Of a DNA stretch of 64,000 bases, positions 18,301 through 28,178 are shown piece by piece (position 1 is the first letter of the stretch; every line of letters starts with the position of its first letter). The notes beneath the pieces are model-generated. The model was not told where the DNA came from, searched no databases, and was given only the letters and a program-made list of their open reading frames with translations. Location of the stretch: NCBI GenBank assembly GCA_963806535.1, contig CAWDYC010000007.1, positions 224,001 to 288,000 of the forward strand, read 5' to 3'. Made by a program: the position numbers and the translations under genes. Origin of the DNA: Candidatus Bathyarchaeota archaeon (GTDB lineage Archaea; Thermoproteota; Bathyarchaeia; Bathyarchaeales; Bathycorpusculaceae).

Positions 18301-20967
18301 TCATGAAATAACCAAGGATAAGCGAAGGGTTTCATCGTCATCAATTTCAGTTTTGAATCCTAATCTGTTACACAGGTTTAGCATTTTGTCGTTATTGACC
18401 ATGACAAAACCATATATTTTCTGCAGGTCCTTATCCTTCGCTATTCTAATTAGAGAATCCATCAATTTGAAGCCTACCCCATAGCCTTGCCATTGATCCC
18501 CCACTAAGACAGCAAATTCGCCGCTTTTTCCGTAAGGGTCCGTAATTAGTCTGGAAACACCAATTATTTGTTTACTGCTTGGATTTTCTGCCACCATAGC
18601 AATTTCTCTATCATAGTCCAAGTTACAGTATCGTGTTAATGTTTCGTGAGAAAGTTCTTTTATTATTTCAAAGAATCGAAAACGCATTGTTTGAGGAGAA
18701 AGCGATTTGAAAAGCTCGTTGAATTTGGCTTCGTCTTCAGGTTTTATAGCTCGCAAATGAACAAGGGAGCCATTTTTGTCATTCCAGTTGGAACTATATT
18801 TGCTTGGGTAGGGGGCGATTACAAGGTGTTCATGAAACCCGATGTCTTGGATGATGTTATTTGGGTCCAGAACAATTCGTGCATCAACTGCAAAAGCACT
18901 GTTCTTATCTAAAATCAAAGGGTTTACGTCAATTTCTTTGATTTCAGGAAAGTCTATAACGAGTTGAGAAAACTTGACCAAGATTTCTTCAAGAACTTTA
19001 ATATTTAATGGAAATTCCGATAAATGTGAGTAACGATAGATCATTGTGTCCTCTATTAGCCGTCTTGCAAGCACCTGATTTAGAGGAGGGAAACCAATGC
19101 TTACGTCTTTGATTAACTCAGCTTCCGTGCCGCCTCTCCCAAAAATCACCACTGAACCGAACTGAGAATCTTTTTTGCTACCAATTAGTAATTCATAGTT
19201 TTTTTTGAATATCATTGGCTGAATTGCGACACCTTGAAATTCTGCGTTTCCACTTAGTTTTTGCACTTTTTTGGCTAGTTCATCGAAGCAAGCTTGAACT
19301 TCTAAGGTTGAGCATACGTTGAGGATTACGCCTGCGATTTGGGATTTATGTGTGACCTGCGGAGACAAAGCTTTCATAACTACTGGAAAACCAATTTTGG
19401 AAGCTAAAACTTCGGCTTCTTCTGGTGTTGTGGCAACTAAAGTCTTAACTGTGGGTATTTTATAGGCCCCTAAAAAGCGAAGAGAATCACACAAACCAAG
19501 AACTTGTTGCCCTTGGCTGTGCGCTTGTTTTAAAATGGATTTGAGTGCAGCTGAGTTTGCTGGCTCTTCAGAGAGTTCTTCTGGTGTCTGGTAAAGTAGT
19601 TCTAAATCTTGAGTATATCGGTACATGTACATGAATGTTGAAACAGCTTGTTCGGGTGTCGGAAAAGTTGGAATGCCATTTCTTAGAAGAGACCTACGGG
19701 CTTCACCGCATCTGGAATCTTCACCCATCAAGCAGGTAAGTATGGGCTTCTTTGTTTGCTGCGATAACTCCAGAACTGCTTTTGCGACGGCAGACGGATC
19801 AGATGCTGCTTGAGGCGCATAGATTAGTAGAAAACCATTGCTGTTCTCGTCTTTCAAGCATAGTTCCATAACATCTTTGAATCTCGCTGGCGTTGCTTCT
19901 TCGAGAATGTCGATTGGATTTGCCGTACAGCAATAGGGCGGCAAAATATTCCTTATTTCCTTCATTGTTTCCTGACTTAACGGTGACAGTTTTCCGCCTT
20001 TGGCGATAAGTTGGTCCGCAGCCATGATACCTGGACCCCCAGCATTTGTGATAATTGTCAAATTAGATCCTGTAGGGTTTGGCTGCATCGCCAAAGCTTC
20101 TGCACAGTTAAACAGATCAATCATTGTTTCTACTCTGACAACCCCAGCACGCCTAAAAGCCGAGTCATAAACCGCATCTTCTCCACCCAAAAAACCGCTG
20201 TGAGAAGTAGCTGGAATAGCAGTTTCTTTGAAACGTCCAGCTTTAACAACTACTATAGGCTTGGTTCTCGCAAAGCCTCGTGCAGCACTCATGAATTTCC
20301 GCGCATTCTTAATAAACTCAACATATAAAACGATACTTTTGGTTTGAGAATCAGCTCCAAAATAATCAATTAAGTCACCAAAATCCACATCAAGCATTGA
20401 CCCCGTAGACACGACGGCGCTGAATCCAACTTGAGCCTCTGAAGCCCAATCTAATGCAGAAGCGCATAAAGCGGCACTTTGAGAAATAAAGGCGATTTTC
20501 CCAGGACTAGCTTTTTCATCCGCGAAAGTTGCATACAGATTTGCTTTGGGTCTAATGATTCCAAAACTTTTGGGACCTATAATTCTCATTTCATACTTCT
20601 TTTGGAGTTCAAGAATTTTCTTTTCAATAAGAACGCCTTCTTCACCAACCTCTCTAAAACCTGCAGAACAAATTATTATTCCGGAAACTCCGGCTTCACC
20701 GCATTCCTCAACAATCTGTGGCACAGTGTGCGCTGGAACAGCAATTATAGCTAAATCTATCATTCGAGGAATTTTACTAATGCTCGGATAAGCAGTAATC
20801 CCATGCACTGTATCCCTAAAGGCGTTTACAGGAAAAACTTCACCTTTGAAACCGACCCCAATCAGATTCCCCAAAATTTTGGCGCCTATAGACCCTTCTC
20901 TGTCACTTGCACCTACCACAGCTATACGTTTAGGGCTGAACAGATTGTTAAGTTTCTCGACACCCAT
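18301..20967 (-). CDS. NDP-forming acyl-CoA synthetase alpha/beta plus C-terminal GNAT fusion (Pat/YfiQ-type protein acetyltransferase)
   Basis: IAVVGAS, ISQSAAL, SHSG, TNAGGPG, NPIDI, ATP-grasp (THKS..GV, IDVNP), GNAT QGYGVG; probable start MGVEKL at 20967. Confidence 0.88.
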   Translation of the reverse strand: MGVEKLNNLFSPKRIAVVGASDREGSIGAKILGNLIGVGFKGEVFPVNAFRDTVHGITAYPSISKIPRMIDLAIIAVPAHTVPQIVEECGEAGVSGIIICSAGFREVGEEGVLIEKKILELQKKYEMRIIGPKSFGIIRPKANLYATFADEKASPGKIAFISQSAALCASALDWASEAQVGFSAVVSTGSMLDVDFGDLIDYFGADSQTKSIVLYVEFIKNARKFMSAARGFARTKPIVVVKAGRFKETAIPATSHSGFLGGEDAVYDSAFRRAGVVRVETMIDLFNCAEALAMQPNPTGSNLTIITNAGGPGIMAADQLIAKGGKLSPLSQETMKEIRNILPPYCCTANPIDILEEATPARFKDVMELCLKDENSNGFLLIYAPQAASDPSAVAKAVLELSQQTKKPILTCLMGEDSRCGEARRSLLRNGIPTFPTPEQAVSTFMYMYRYTQDLELLYQTPEELSEEPANSAALKSILKQAHSQGQQVLGLCDSLRFLGAYKIPTVKTLVATTPEEAEVLASKIGFPVVMKALSPQVTHKSQIAGVILNVCSTLEVQACFDELAKKVQKLSGNAEFQGVAIQPMIFKKNYELLIGSKKDSQFGSVVIFGRGGTEAELIKDVSIGFPPLNQVLARRLIEDTMIYRYSHLSEFPLNIKVLEEILVKFSQLVIDFPEIKEIDVNPLILDKNSAFAVDARIVLDPNNIIQDIGFHEHLVIAPYPSKYSSNWNDKNGSLVHLRAIKPEDEAKFNELFKSLSPQTMRFRFFEIIKELSHETLTRYCNLDYDREIAMVAENPSSKQIIGVSRLITDPYGKSGEFAVLVGDQWQGYGVGFKLMDSLIRIAKDKDLQKIYGFVMVNNDKMLNLCNRLGFKTEIDDDETLRLSLVIS

Positions 20968-21137
20968 TTTTTTGAACACTCGAAATGAGAAATAGCCTGT
21001 ATTAATTATATACCAATAAGTGGTTTTAAAACTTACCAATTTTCACCCAATTTTGGAGTCTATAATTAAAAAGCGGAACAGATAAGCTTTAAAGCAATTT
21101 TCCCGTAGCCATCTTTAATTCAGAAGGAAACACAGAA

Positions 21138-21896
21138 ATGGACGCCATAAAGATAATTGCAGTTGAAAATCTACCGCTAATAAATCCTGGAGATAACATA
21201 GCAAAACTCATTTCTGAAGCCGCAAAAAAACAAGGCACACCTCTGCAAGAAAATGATGTAATAGTAGTTACTCATGTAGTGGTTTCAAAAGCTGAAGGAA
21301 ACATCATCAACCTTGATGAAGTGACTCCTTCTGGGAAAGCAAAAGAAATCGCACAGCAAACAAACAAGGACCCAGCATTAGTTGAGGTTATTCTCAGAGA
21401 AACAAAAGAAATAGTTCGCATAGGACAAAATAGCATAATAACAGAAACCAAAAGTGGAATAGTCTGTGCGAATGCGGGAATAGATAGGTCTAATGTTTCT
21501 GGCGATCAAAACGTTGTTCCGTTGCCAAAAAACCCAAACGCTTCTGCACAAAAAATTAGACAAGAAATAAAAGCATTAGCAGGAGTTAACGTTGCAGTTA
21601 TCGTTTCTGACACTCATGGCAGACCGCTTCGCCTTGGAGAAATAAATGTGGCAGTTGGCGTAGCAGGAATTAAACCGATAAGAGATAGACGTGGTGAAAA
21701 AGACCTTTTCGGATATGTGCTTCGAATAAAACAAACCGCCATAGCAGATGAATTATCTTCAGCCGCGGAACTTGTTATCGGCCAAGCCAATGAAGGAATC
21801 CCAGCCGCAATCATTCGAGGATACACTTACCAAACAACCGAGGGCGCCTCAACAACGGAACTCATTAGAGCCAAAGAAAAAGACCTCTTCAGGTAA
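21138..21896 (+). CDS. cofE: Coenzyme F420:L-glutamate ligase
   Basis: LPLINPGD, VVSKAEG, CANAGIDRSN, VSDTHGRPLRLG, AIADEL, PAAIIRG. Confidence 0.93.
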   Translation: MDAIKIIAVENLPLINPGDNIAKLISEAAKKQGTPLQENDVIVVTHVVVSKAEGNIINLDEVTPSGKAKEIAQQTNKDPALVEVILRETKEIVRIGQNSIITETKSGIVCANAGIDRSNVSGDQNVVPLPKNPNASAQKIRQEIKALAGVNVAVIVSDTHGRPLRLGEINVAVGVAGIKPIRDRRGEKDLFGYVLRIKQTAIADELSSAAELVIGQANEGIPAAIIRGYTYQTTEGASTTELIRAKEKDLFR

Positions 21897-21947
21897 CTTC
21901 AACAAAGTTCAATAACCCAATAGCATAAGATACGTGAAAAACACGAG

Positions 21948-22289
21948 ATGAAAATGATGGATGTAAAGTCTCCTGAAGAATTTTTCTTGGAAAAGCTTCC
22001 TGAAAGATTCAAGCCAGAAAAAGCTGCAGGCATCGAAGCTGTAATTCAATTAAGTTTAAGCGGCGGTCCAAAGGAACAAGATTGGGTATTTATTATAAAA
22101 GACCGGAAGCTGCAAGTTACTCAAGGAACTAATCCTTCAGCCACGCTATCGCTTAGAATTTCCGAAAGCGACTTCATGGATATTATAAATGGAAAATTAA
22201 GCGCTGAAAAAGCTTTCTTTACTGGAAGAATTCGTTTTCAAGGTAACATTAGTTTAGCTTTGAAATTAAGAGATGCCGGTTTACTTTAA
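21948..22289 (+). CDS. SCP2 sterol-carrier domain protein
   Basis: SCP2 pattern: IQLSLSG..W..I..G, AFFTGRIRFQGNISLALKL. Confidence 0.85.
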   Translation: MKMMDVKSPEEFFLEKLPERFKPEKAAGIEAVIQLSLSGGPKEQDWVFIIKDRKLQVTQGTNPSATLSLRISESDFMDIINGKLSAEKAFFTGRIRFQGNISLALKLRDAGLL

Positions 22290-22838
22290 ACCAAGCTTTT
22301 TAACAACCTGCGGGGGCAAGTCATCTTCGCCAACTTTGAATGTTTGAGGCTCATCAATTTGTACAATCGCCCGCAACTCATCAGGCTCTAATTGACAGAT
22401 AAGTTCAGTCAGCTCTTTTTTTGCAACTTCTAAATGGTTTTTGAAAGCAGTTTTGTCTTTAAAAAGAACCCCTGCGTAAGCGCAGAGCTCTGATTTTTTG
22501 AGGAACCACTCAATCTTTTTAGTCGAAAAGTTTATGTCAAACGTTATCGGTCCCGAAACGCATGTTTCAGGCTTAACAGGATGTACCGAGCATTTGCCCG
22601 TTTTCTTATTAAAAAGCCCACAGTAAATAAGCTCATCAACGCTTGGAAAAGAATAATTTTCTTTTGAGAACGGTTTTTGGATATTAAGTCTTTGTTCTTC
22701 TAAATATTTTTTTATGATTTTTTTCCGGTTTTCAGTTAACGGTGGTTTTGCATCTTGGCAGCATATACTTTTGCATTGGCTGCAAACATCAAACGAGTAG
22801 GTTGTTCCTTTGTTATCGGTCGCCATTCTGGGACACAT
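22281..22838 (-). CDS. YkgJ family cysteine-cluster protein
   Basis: CSQCKSICC...C.LF...KCSVHPVKPETC..GP. Confidence 0.8.
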   Translation of the reverse strand: MCPRMATDNKGTTYSFDVCSQCKSICCQDAKPPLTENRKKIIKKYLEEQRLNIQKPFSKENYSFPSVDELIYCGLFNKKTGKCSVHPVKPETCVSGPITFDINFSTKKIEWFLKKSELCAYAGVLFKDKTAFKNHLEVAKKELTELICQLEPDELRAIVQIDEPQTFKVGEDDLPPQVVKKLGLK

Positions 22839-22841
22839 CTT

Positions 22842-24029
22842 TTAGAAGTAGGGTTCATTATCGGAAAGGCTCTTAATAAGCGTTGAATACACGTTGATTA
22901 CCGCCTCATGGAAATCTGTTTTCTCTGCTCGATTCAAAACACATTTCCGAATAATTTCAGACAAGTTGCCGTTTTCTATTCTCTTCTTGATAATCCAGAG
23001 ATATCGTTTTTCGTCTTCTTCCGCATGATCAAAAGCCAAGTTAAGGTAGTGTTGACATACTTGCCTAGCTGTTTTGCCATGAGGACTTGACACCTTGGCG
23101 TTTAACCCTTCCTTAACTATTCTGTTAAAATCACTAACTAGCAGATTGTGTGGCAAAAGCTCAGTTTTCAAAGCAATCAAGCCTCTAATGGCAGCACGTA
23201 TAAAACAGCTCAAAGCTACATCAGATTTAACGCATTCCTGCTCATCCATAACACGAACTTCAAGAGCACACCGATCGAAACGGAAAATTACACCTCTTGA
23301 ATTTACCCATTCCCGATGCAAAAGTGTTTTGCTTGCGCCAGCTTTAGCCAAGTCCTGTGAGTATCGTTCGACAACATCTTGATTGTACTGACTAAATGAG
23401 GTAACATAATCGGGAATAACTTCACCAGTAACACTAGGAATTTCCTTTTGATTTATCTTGTAAAATTGCAATCGGTTATCATTGTCTGGACCTATTTTTC
23501 CCTCATAAATTGGTGAGGAAGCAGCAATTGCTGGAAGGTAAGTCGATAAATTTGCGAGCTGATTGTGAATTTGGACACCGTCCTCTTCTGATCGGTATGG
23601 AAGGTTTAGGTGGAAGCTCTGTATATTTAGCCATCCATGCTGGTTTAAGTTGAAAATCTTGCCGAATTCTTGATAGATTTTTTTGTGGTAGTGAGGCCAA
23701 ATACCTGTGTCTTTTAGCTGCAGCAAGGGATGCATTCCTGTTCCTAGAAGGTTAGCCCCATGTTTCTGCACGATTTGATTTAGCGTTGAAACGGCGTTTT
23801 GCATAGTCTCCTCAAATTGGACTGGAGATTTGAATGGAGAATTGGCTTTTACTTCCATCACATGCAACTGCAACTCTTTACCAAAAGTGAAAGATGGCAG
23901 TTCTACGAAGTTGATGATTTTTCCGCAATAATCTTTTATGATTTTATCGGCGATGGGCATTACCTTCAATTCAGGCGTCACTAGTGAAAGTTCATGCTCT
24001 GGCCCAAGGACCTCAAGGGGTTTAAACGT
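22842..24029 (-). CDS. Glutamate-cysteine ligase family 2 (GCS2) carboxylate-amine ligase
   Basis: GPEHE, KELQLHVMEVK, GMHP, HGWLNIQSFHLNLPY, AASSPIYEG, NSRGVIFRFDR, LEVRVMDEQEC. The frame extends 5' of the track start (23981) to an ACG at 24029. Confidence 0.88.
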   Translation of the reverse strand, partial: TFKPLEVLGPEHELSLVTPELKVMPIADKIIKDYCGKIINFVELPSFTFGKELQLHVMEVKANSPFKSPVQFEETMQNAVSTLNQIVQKHGANLLGTGMHPLLQLKDTGIWPHYHKKIYQEFGKIFNLNQHGWLNIQSFHLNLPYRSEEDGVQIHNQLANLSTYLPAIAASSPIYEGKIGPDNDNRLQFYKINQKEIPSVTGEVIPDYVTSFSQYNQDVVERYSQDLAKAGASKTLLHREWVNSRGVIFRFDRCALEVRVMDEQECVKSDVALSCFIRAAIRGLIALKTELLPHNLLVSDFNRIVKEGLNAKVSSPHGKTARQVCQHYLNLAFDHAEEDEKRYLWIIKKRIENGNLSEIIRKCVLNRAEKTDFHEAVINVYSTLIKSLSDNEPYF

Positions 24030-24135
24030 TGATTTTACCTCGTTTTATTTAGCGCTTGATTTGTGATGGCAATATGATAATAGTTAATCTTAAATACATC
24101 TCCACTAATATCGCATTTCAGTTACCTGGTGTCTC

Positions 24136-24837
24136 ATGACCGTGTTGGTCGTCTCAAATATCGACCTAACCTATAACATACAAGTAATGAAGCCCGCAAC
24201 GTTTTTAGATTCCACAATCAAAGAACCCACCCTCAATCTTAACAACGAATACAGATACATGAAAACGGGCTACTATGTTTCAATGCATGCTGAAATTTTA
24301 GGAAGCAACGTTATCCCATCATGCGAAAACATTATTGATTCCAGCAGAACCCCGATTCTGCTTCTGAGGGCAACTAGAGCTGGAGTACCAACCTTACCCT
24401 TTCTTGTTACAGATTCGGTGAAAAAAATAGCAACTGAAATCGGCTACCCAGCAATTGTTTTTGCCGTAAACCCATTCATTTATGATGGCTACAAAATCGC
24501 TACCAACAAAAGCTCACTGTACCGAGCTATGAAAAGTTTAGGTATGAACTACAAATTCGCTGTTTGCGCGCAACCGCTAAAAGGTGAACTTCTTACTACC
24601 AAATCATTCTTTGGCAAAACTACAGATCAAGATCCGAGGACACAAGAAATTGCCCAGAGAGTATATGAAATCTTTAAAATTCCACTTTGCAATTTGCACA
24701 TTCAAAAAGCGCAAGATAAAGCTTATTTGTGTGGACTGCAACCCCTAAGCAAAGAGGAGCTTACGGAACAAGACTTGCAACAGATCTCCAAAGAGGTCTC
24801 GCTCATTTCTGAGCAGGGTGAACACTTCGGTGTCTAA
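24136..24837 (+). CDS. RimK-like ATP-grasp N-terminal (RLAN) domain protein
   Basis: NLNNEYRYMKTGYYVSMHAEILG..VIPS motif. Confidence 0.8.
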   Translation: MTVLVVSNIDLTYNIQVMKPATFLDSTIKEPTLNLNNEYRYMKTGYYVSMHAEILGSNVIPSCENIIDSSRTPILLLRATRAGVPTLPFLVTDSVKKIATEIGYPAIVFAVNPFIYDGYKIATNKSSLYRAMKSLGMNYKFAVCAQPLKGELLTTKSFFGKTTDQDPRTQEIAQRVYEIFKIPLCNLHIQKAQDKAYLCGLQPLSKEELTEQDLQQISKEVSLISEQGEHFGV

Positions 24838-25708
24838 GATCGCATGCTTTGTTGAGAAATATAATTTTACCGACCCCCGCGAGCAAGGCGCGCTCCAAAA
24901 CTTCAAGATAGCAGCAGAAAAACAAGGAAGCGAATTCAATTTCCTTTTCCGCGAAGACATTTCTAATGTGCCAAAATATGATGCTGTTTTCATTAGGGCA
25001 ACAACAGACCCATTGAATACCGCTTACGTTGTTTCCAAAACAGCATGGGAACTCGGCATGAAAGTCATCGATGATCCCGAATCCATTACTATATGCGGCA
25101 ACAAAATCCACCAATACGCTTTATTTGAAAAGTTTAACGTCCCACACATACCCACCGTTTTCCTAAGCAAAGATGAGCTACATCACAAAAAAATCAGCGA
25201 CATATTCGATGAACTCGGAAAACCAGTTGTTATAAAGGCACCCTACACAAGCTTTTCACGTTATGTAGAGAAAGCTGCATGCGAAACAAGCTTCAGAGAT
25301 GTCGCTAAACGGTTCTTTAAGAAATCGGATGTTTTAGCAATTCAAAAGTTTACTCCCACAGCTTTTGACTGGAGAGTCGGCGTCTTAAACAACGACATAC
25401 TCTACGTATGCAAATACATGATTCCCAAAGGCAAATGGAAGCATGGTGCCAAGTTACGCGGCAAGCCGACGGTGATTTGGGGCAGAACAGTAAGCATGAA
25501 AAAACGAGAGCTGCCGACTAGGCTTAGGGAAGTAGCTTTGAAGGCATGCAGTGTTGTCGGTAAAGGGCTCTATGGCGTTGACATAAAAGAAGTAGATGGC
25601 GACTACGTTGTGGTAGAAGTTAACGATAACCCAAGCATTTACGCTGGCTACGAAGACTCAATGGACCACGACATTTATCAACGAATTATCAACTACCTAT
25701 CCGAGTAG
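24818..25708 (+). CDS. RimK family ATP-grasp peptide ligase
   Basis: DAVFIRATT, VIDDPESI..CGNK, PVVIKAP..SFSR, FDWRVGVL, LYGVDIK, EVNDNPSI. The true start may be slightly downstream. Confidence 0.9.
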   Translation: MNTSVSKIACFVEKYNFTDPREQGALQNFKIAAEKQGSEFNFLFREDISNVPKYDAVFIRATTDPLNTAYVVSKTAWELGMKVIDDPESITICGNKIHQYALFEKFNVPHIPTVFLSKDELHHKKISDIFDELGKPVVIKAPYTSFSRYVEKAACETSFRDVAKRFFKKSDVLAIQKFTPTAFDWRVGVLNNDILYVCKYMIPKGKWKHGAKLRGKPTVIWGRTVSMKKRELPTRLREVALKACSVVGKGLYGVDIKEVDGDYVVVEVNDNPSIYAGYEDSMDHDIYQRIINYLSE

Positions 25709-25776
25709 TCTCCTGATTCTTTTCGACACGTATTTATCTTAACGTTTCTTAACAAACTGCATCGAGTGACTCGAAT

Positions 25777-26760
25777 ATGACTCATAAAGAAACTGAAGCA
25801 CATAAGGTTCCTGTTGAAGATTACCAATTTACAGAAAAAATGTCCGTTGATGAACTTGTGCAGCAAATGGATAAGGCGTGGGGTTTTACCGCGGGTAAGA
25901 TTTCCACTGGCGTAGGCATTATGGAATCCATGATAAATGCCAAAGGGTGTGTAAAGTTTCTTTCATTTACCGCTGACATCGTAGCCACAGGCACTCGAGG
26001 CGTAATCAGAGAGCTTGTTAAACGTAAACTCGTTGACGTGCTTATTACAACATGTGGAACCTTGGACCATGATGTAGCTCGTTGCTGGAAAGACTATTAC
26101 AAAGGCAGCTTCATAATGAACGATTCTAAACTGCACCAGGAAGGGTTAAACCGCCTTGGAAACGTGCTTGTCCCAAACGACAGCTATGGCATAATTATAG
26201 AAAAGAAAATCCTTGGGCTCCTCGAAGAGCTTTACAAAGAGGGCAAACGCGATCTTTCAACCTCCCAACTTTGCCGGGAAATTGGATTACGATGCTGTAA
26301 TGAAACCTCGATTCTTTATTGGGCAGCGAGAAACAACATTCCCGTCTTTGTACCAGGCATAACCGATGGTTCAGTGGGTTACCAGCTCTGGTTCTTCAGC
26401 CAAGACCACCACGACTTCAGAATTAACTTACTCAAAGATGAAGGTGACCTCAACAACATCGTTTTCGACGCCAAAAAAAGTGGTGCGTTAATTGTTGGGG
26501 GAGGAATCTCAAAACACCACACCATTTGGTGGAACCAATTCAAAGACGGCTTAGACTACGTCGTCTACATTACCACAGCAGACGAATGGGATGGCAGCCT
26601 CAGCGGCGCAAGACCCCGAGAAGCAGTTTCATGGGGAAAAATCAACGAAAAAGCCAAACGTATAATGATTGAAGGCGACGCCACAGTAATAATGCCTATA
26701 ATGACAAGCGCTCTTATCGACAGGTTAAGCAAAAAGAAAACTGCCAAAAAAAGCAGTTGA
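25777..26760 (+). CDS. dys: Deoxyhypusine synthase (canonical archaeal type)
   Basis: FLSFTA, RLGNVLVP, PGITDGSVG, GGGISKHH, DGSLSGARPREAVSWGK. Confidence 0.92.
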   Translation: MTHKETEAHKVPVEDYQFTEKMSVDELVQQMDKAWGFTAGKISTGVGIMESMINAKGCVKFLSFTADIVATGTRGVIRELVKRKLVDVLITTCGTLDHDVARCWKDYYKGSFIMNDSKLHQEGLNRLGNVLVPNDSYGIIIEKKILGLLEELYKEGKRDLSTSQLCREIGLRCCNETSILYWAARNNIPVFVPGITDGSVGYQLWFFSQDHHDFRINLLKDEGDLNNIVFDAKKSGALIVGGGISKHHTIWWNQFKDGLDYVVYITTADEWDGSLSGARPREAVSWGKINEKAKRIMIEGDATVIMPIMTSALIDRLSKKKTAKKSS

Positions 26761-26791
26761 CACCGAGCCGATAGCATAACAAAAGAATATG

Positions 26792-27532
26792 CTAATTTTG
26801 GTTTCCTTTGGCCACATTTCTTTTCTGGGTTATGACAACAGCGATGGCAACACTTATGGCAACAGCTAACATCAGTATTAAGGGACTTAATTCGGGGACG
26901 GTCGGCGTAGGGTTTGTTGAACCGAAAATGTTTGTTGCTATGACGCTGTATGAGAACATTGATGTTACAGTTTGTGGTTGAAGTTGAGTAACGGTCGTAG
27001 ATGATGCTTCCAAAAGCATCCCTGAAAGCTTATCATACACATAGTTTTGTGTCGTGTCGTAGCCGGGCGTAGAAATTGTAACGTTGAGGATGTTAACGCT
27101 ACGCGTTGTGCCGAGGTATGTTCGATCTGCCGTTTGGTTAACTGAATAAGTGTTTGCAGGCGGTATTTCATCTCCCTGGTTTAGGTTAGCAGCGATTATA
27201 TATCCTTGAGGCGTTGGCACCCCTTTTTTTGTTCCTAACGACAAGTCCCAAATATCTGATGTGCCGCTGCCGGGTAGTGCAGTTCCATTTTTGTACTCCC
27301 CAGTAGAAAGCAAGGTAACCAAGCTGCCTGATACGCTCACTACCTGCAAGTTTAGAAAGCCGTAGTTGTTGAAGGGTTCGTAGCCAATGCCAATGCCAAC
27401 AAAATTCCCGTATCTCACATATTGGCCCACGGTAACTCCAGGGTTGTATTGAACGCAAAGAACTGGTGCAGCTAAAGCTACTAAAATGACGGCTGCCAAT
27501 GAGAATGATAAAATTAATTTTGAATTTAACAA
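26792..27532 (-). CDS. Secreted protein with PEF-CTERM-like sorting signal
   Basis: Signal peptide, YDKLSGMLLE, C-terminal PTPTVPEL followed by TM helix and basic tail. Confidence 0.75.
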   Translation of the reverse strand: MLNSKLILSFSLAAVILVALAAPVLCVQYNPGVTVGQYVRYGNFVGIGIGYEPFNNYGFLNLQVVSVSGSLVTLLSTGEYKNGTALPGSGTSDIWDLSLGTKKGVPTPQGYIIAANLNQGDEIPPANTYSVNQTADRTYLGTTRSVNILNVTISTPGYDTTQNYVYDKLSGMLLEASSTTVTQLQPQTVTSMFSYSVIATNIFGSTNPTPTVPELSPLILMLAVAISVAIAVVITQKRNVAKGNQN

Positions 27533-27576
27533 ATTAAAACTTCCGTACTATTTCTTATCGAGGTCCTTCTAAAAAA

Positions 27577-27723
27577 CTAGGCTATTCGTCTTGCTCCACA
27601 ATGAGGACAGAAAGAGGCAGTTTCAACAAACAAGGTTCCGCAGTACTTGCAAGGCACCATTTTAACCTCTTTGATCGATTTCCTCTCCTCTTCGTCGCCA
27701 CCACAGCAACCACATGGACACAT
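27577..27723 (-). CDS. 48-aa Cys-rich peptide with zinc ribbon
   Basis: AGGAGG RBS; MCPCGCCGGDEEERKSIKEVKMVPCKYCGTLFVETASFCPHCGARRIA; below the ORF-track cutoff. Confidence 0.8.
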   Translation of the reverse strand: MCPCGCCGGDEEERKSIKEVKMVPCKYCGTLFVETASFCPHCGARRIA

Positions 27724-27740
27724 TTAGTTTTGTTCCTCCT

Positions 27741-28079
27741 TTACGATGAGTAAGTTTTTGCAATGTCTTGTTTTTGGTTGAGTTGATCTATGAGCACTTC
27801 TCTCATTGTGTCGCATGCTTGGCTGATTTTGGGGCTTGCAACTCGATAATAGATGTTTGAGCCTTCTTTTCGGGTCTTCACTATCTGCCTTTGCCTCATT
27901 AACGCTAGATGCTGTGAAATGTTGGATTGGCTTGCGCCTAACGTGTTTGTTAAGTCGTTGACGGTTTTTTCTCCATCCTTTAAGTAGTGAATAATTGCTA
28001 ATCTTAGAGGATGCGAAAGCGTTTTTGCTATCTCTGCTTGCAATTCGTAAATTGTCATGTCGAAGTTTGGTTTCACCAT
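27741..28079 (-). CDS. ArsR/SmtB family transcriptional repressor
   Basis: KTLSHPLRLAII, SQSNISQHLALMR, RKEGSNIYY. Confidence 0.92.
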   Translation of the reverse strand: MVKPNFDMTIYELQAEIAKTLSHPLRLAIIHYLKDGEKTVNDLTNTLGASQSNISQHLALMRQRQIVKTRKEGSNIYYRVASPKISQACDTMREVLIDQLNQKQDIAKTYSS

Positions 28080-28178
28080 AACGGATTCCTGAAGTATTCA
28101 TATATTCTAACATAGCTTCGCCCTATTATGTTTTTTATTTTTCCAAAAAATGGAAAAAGAGGTTGAATGTTAATCGCC

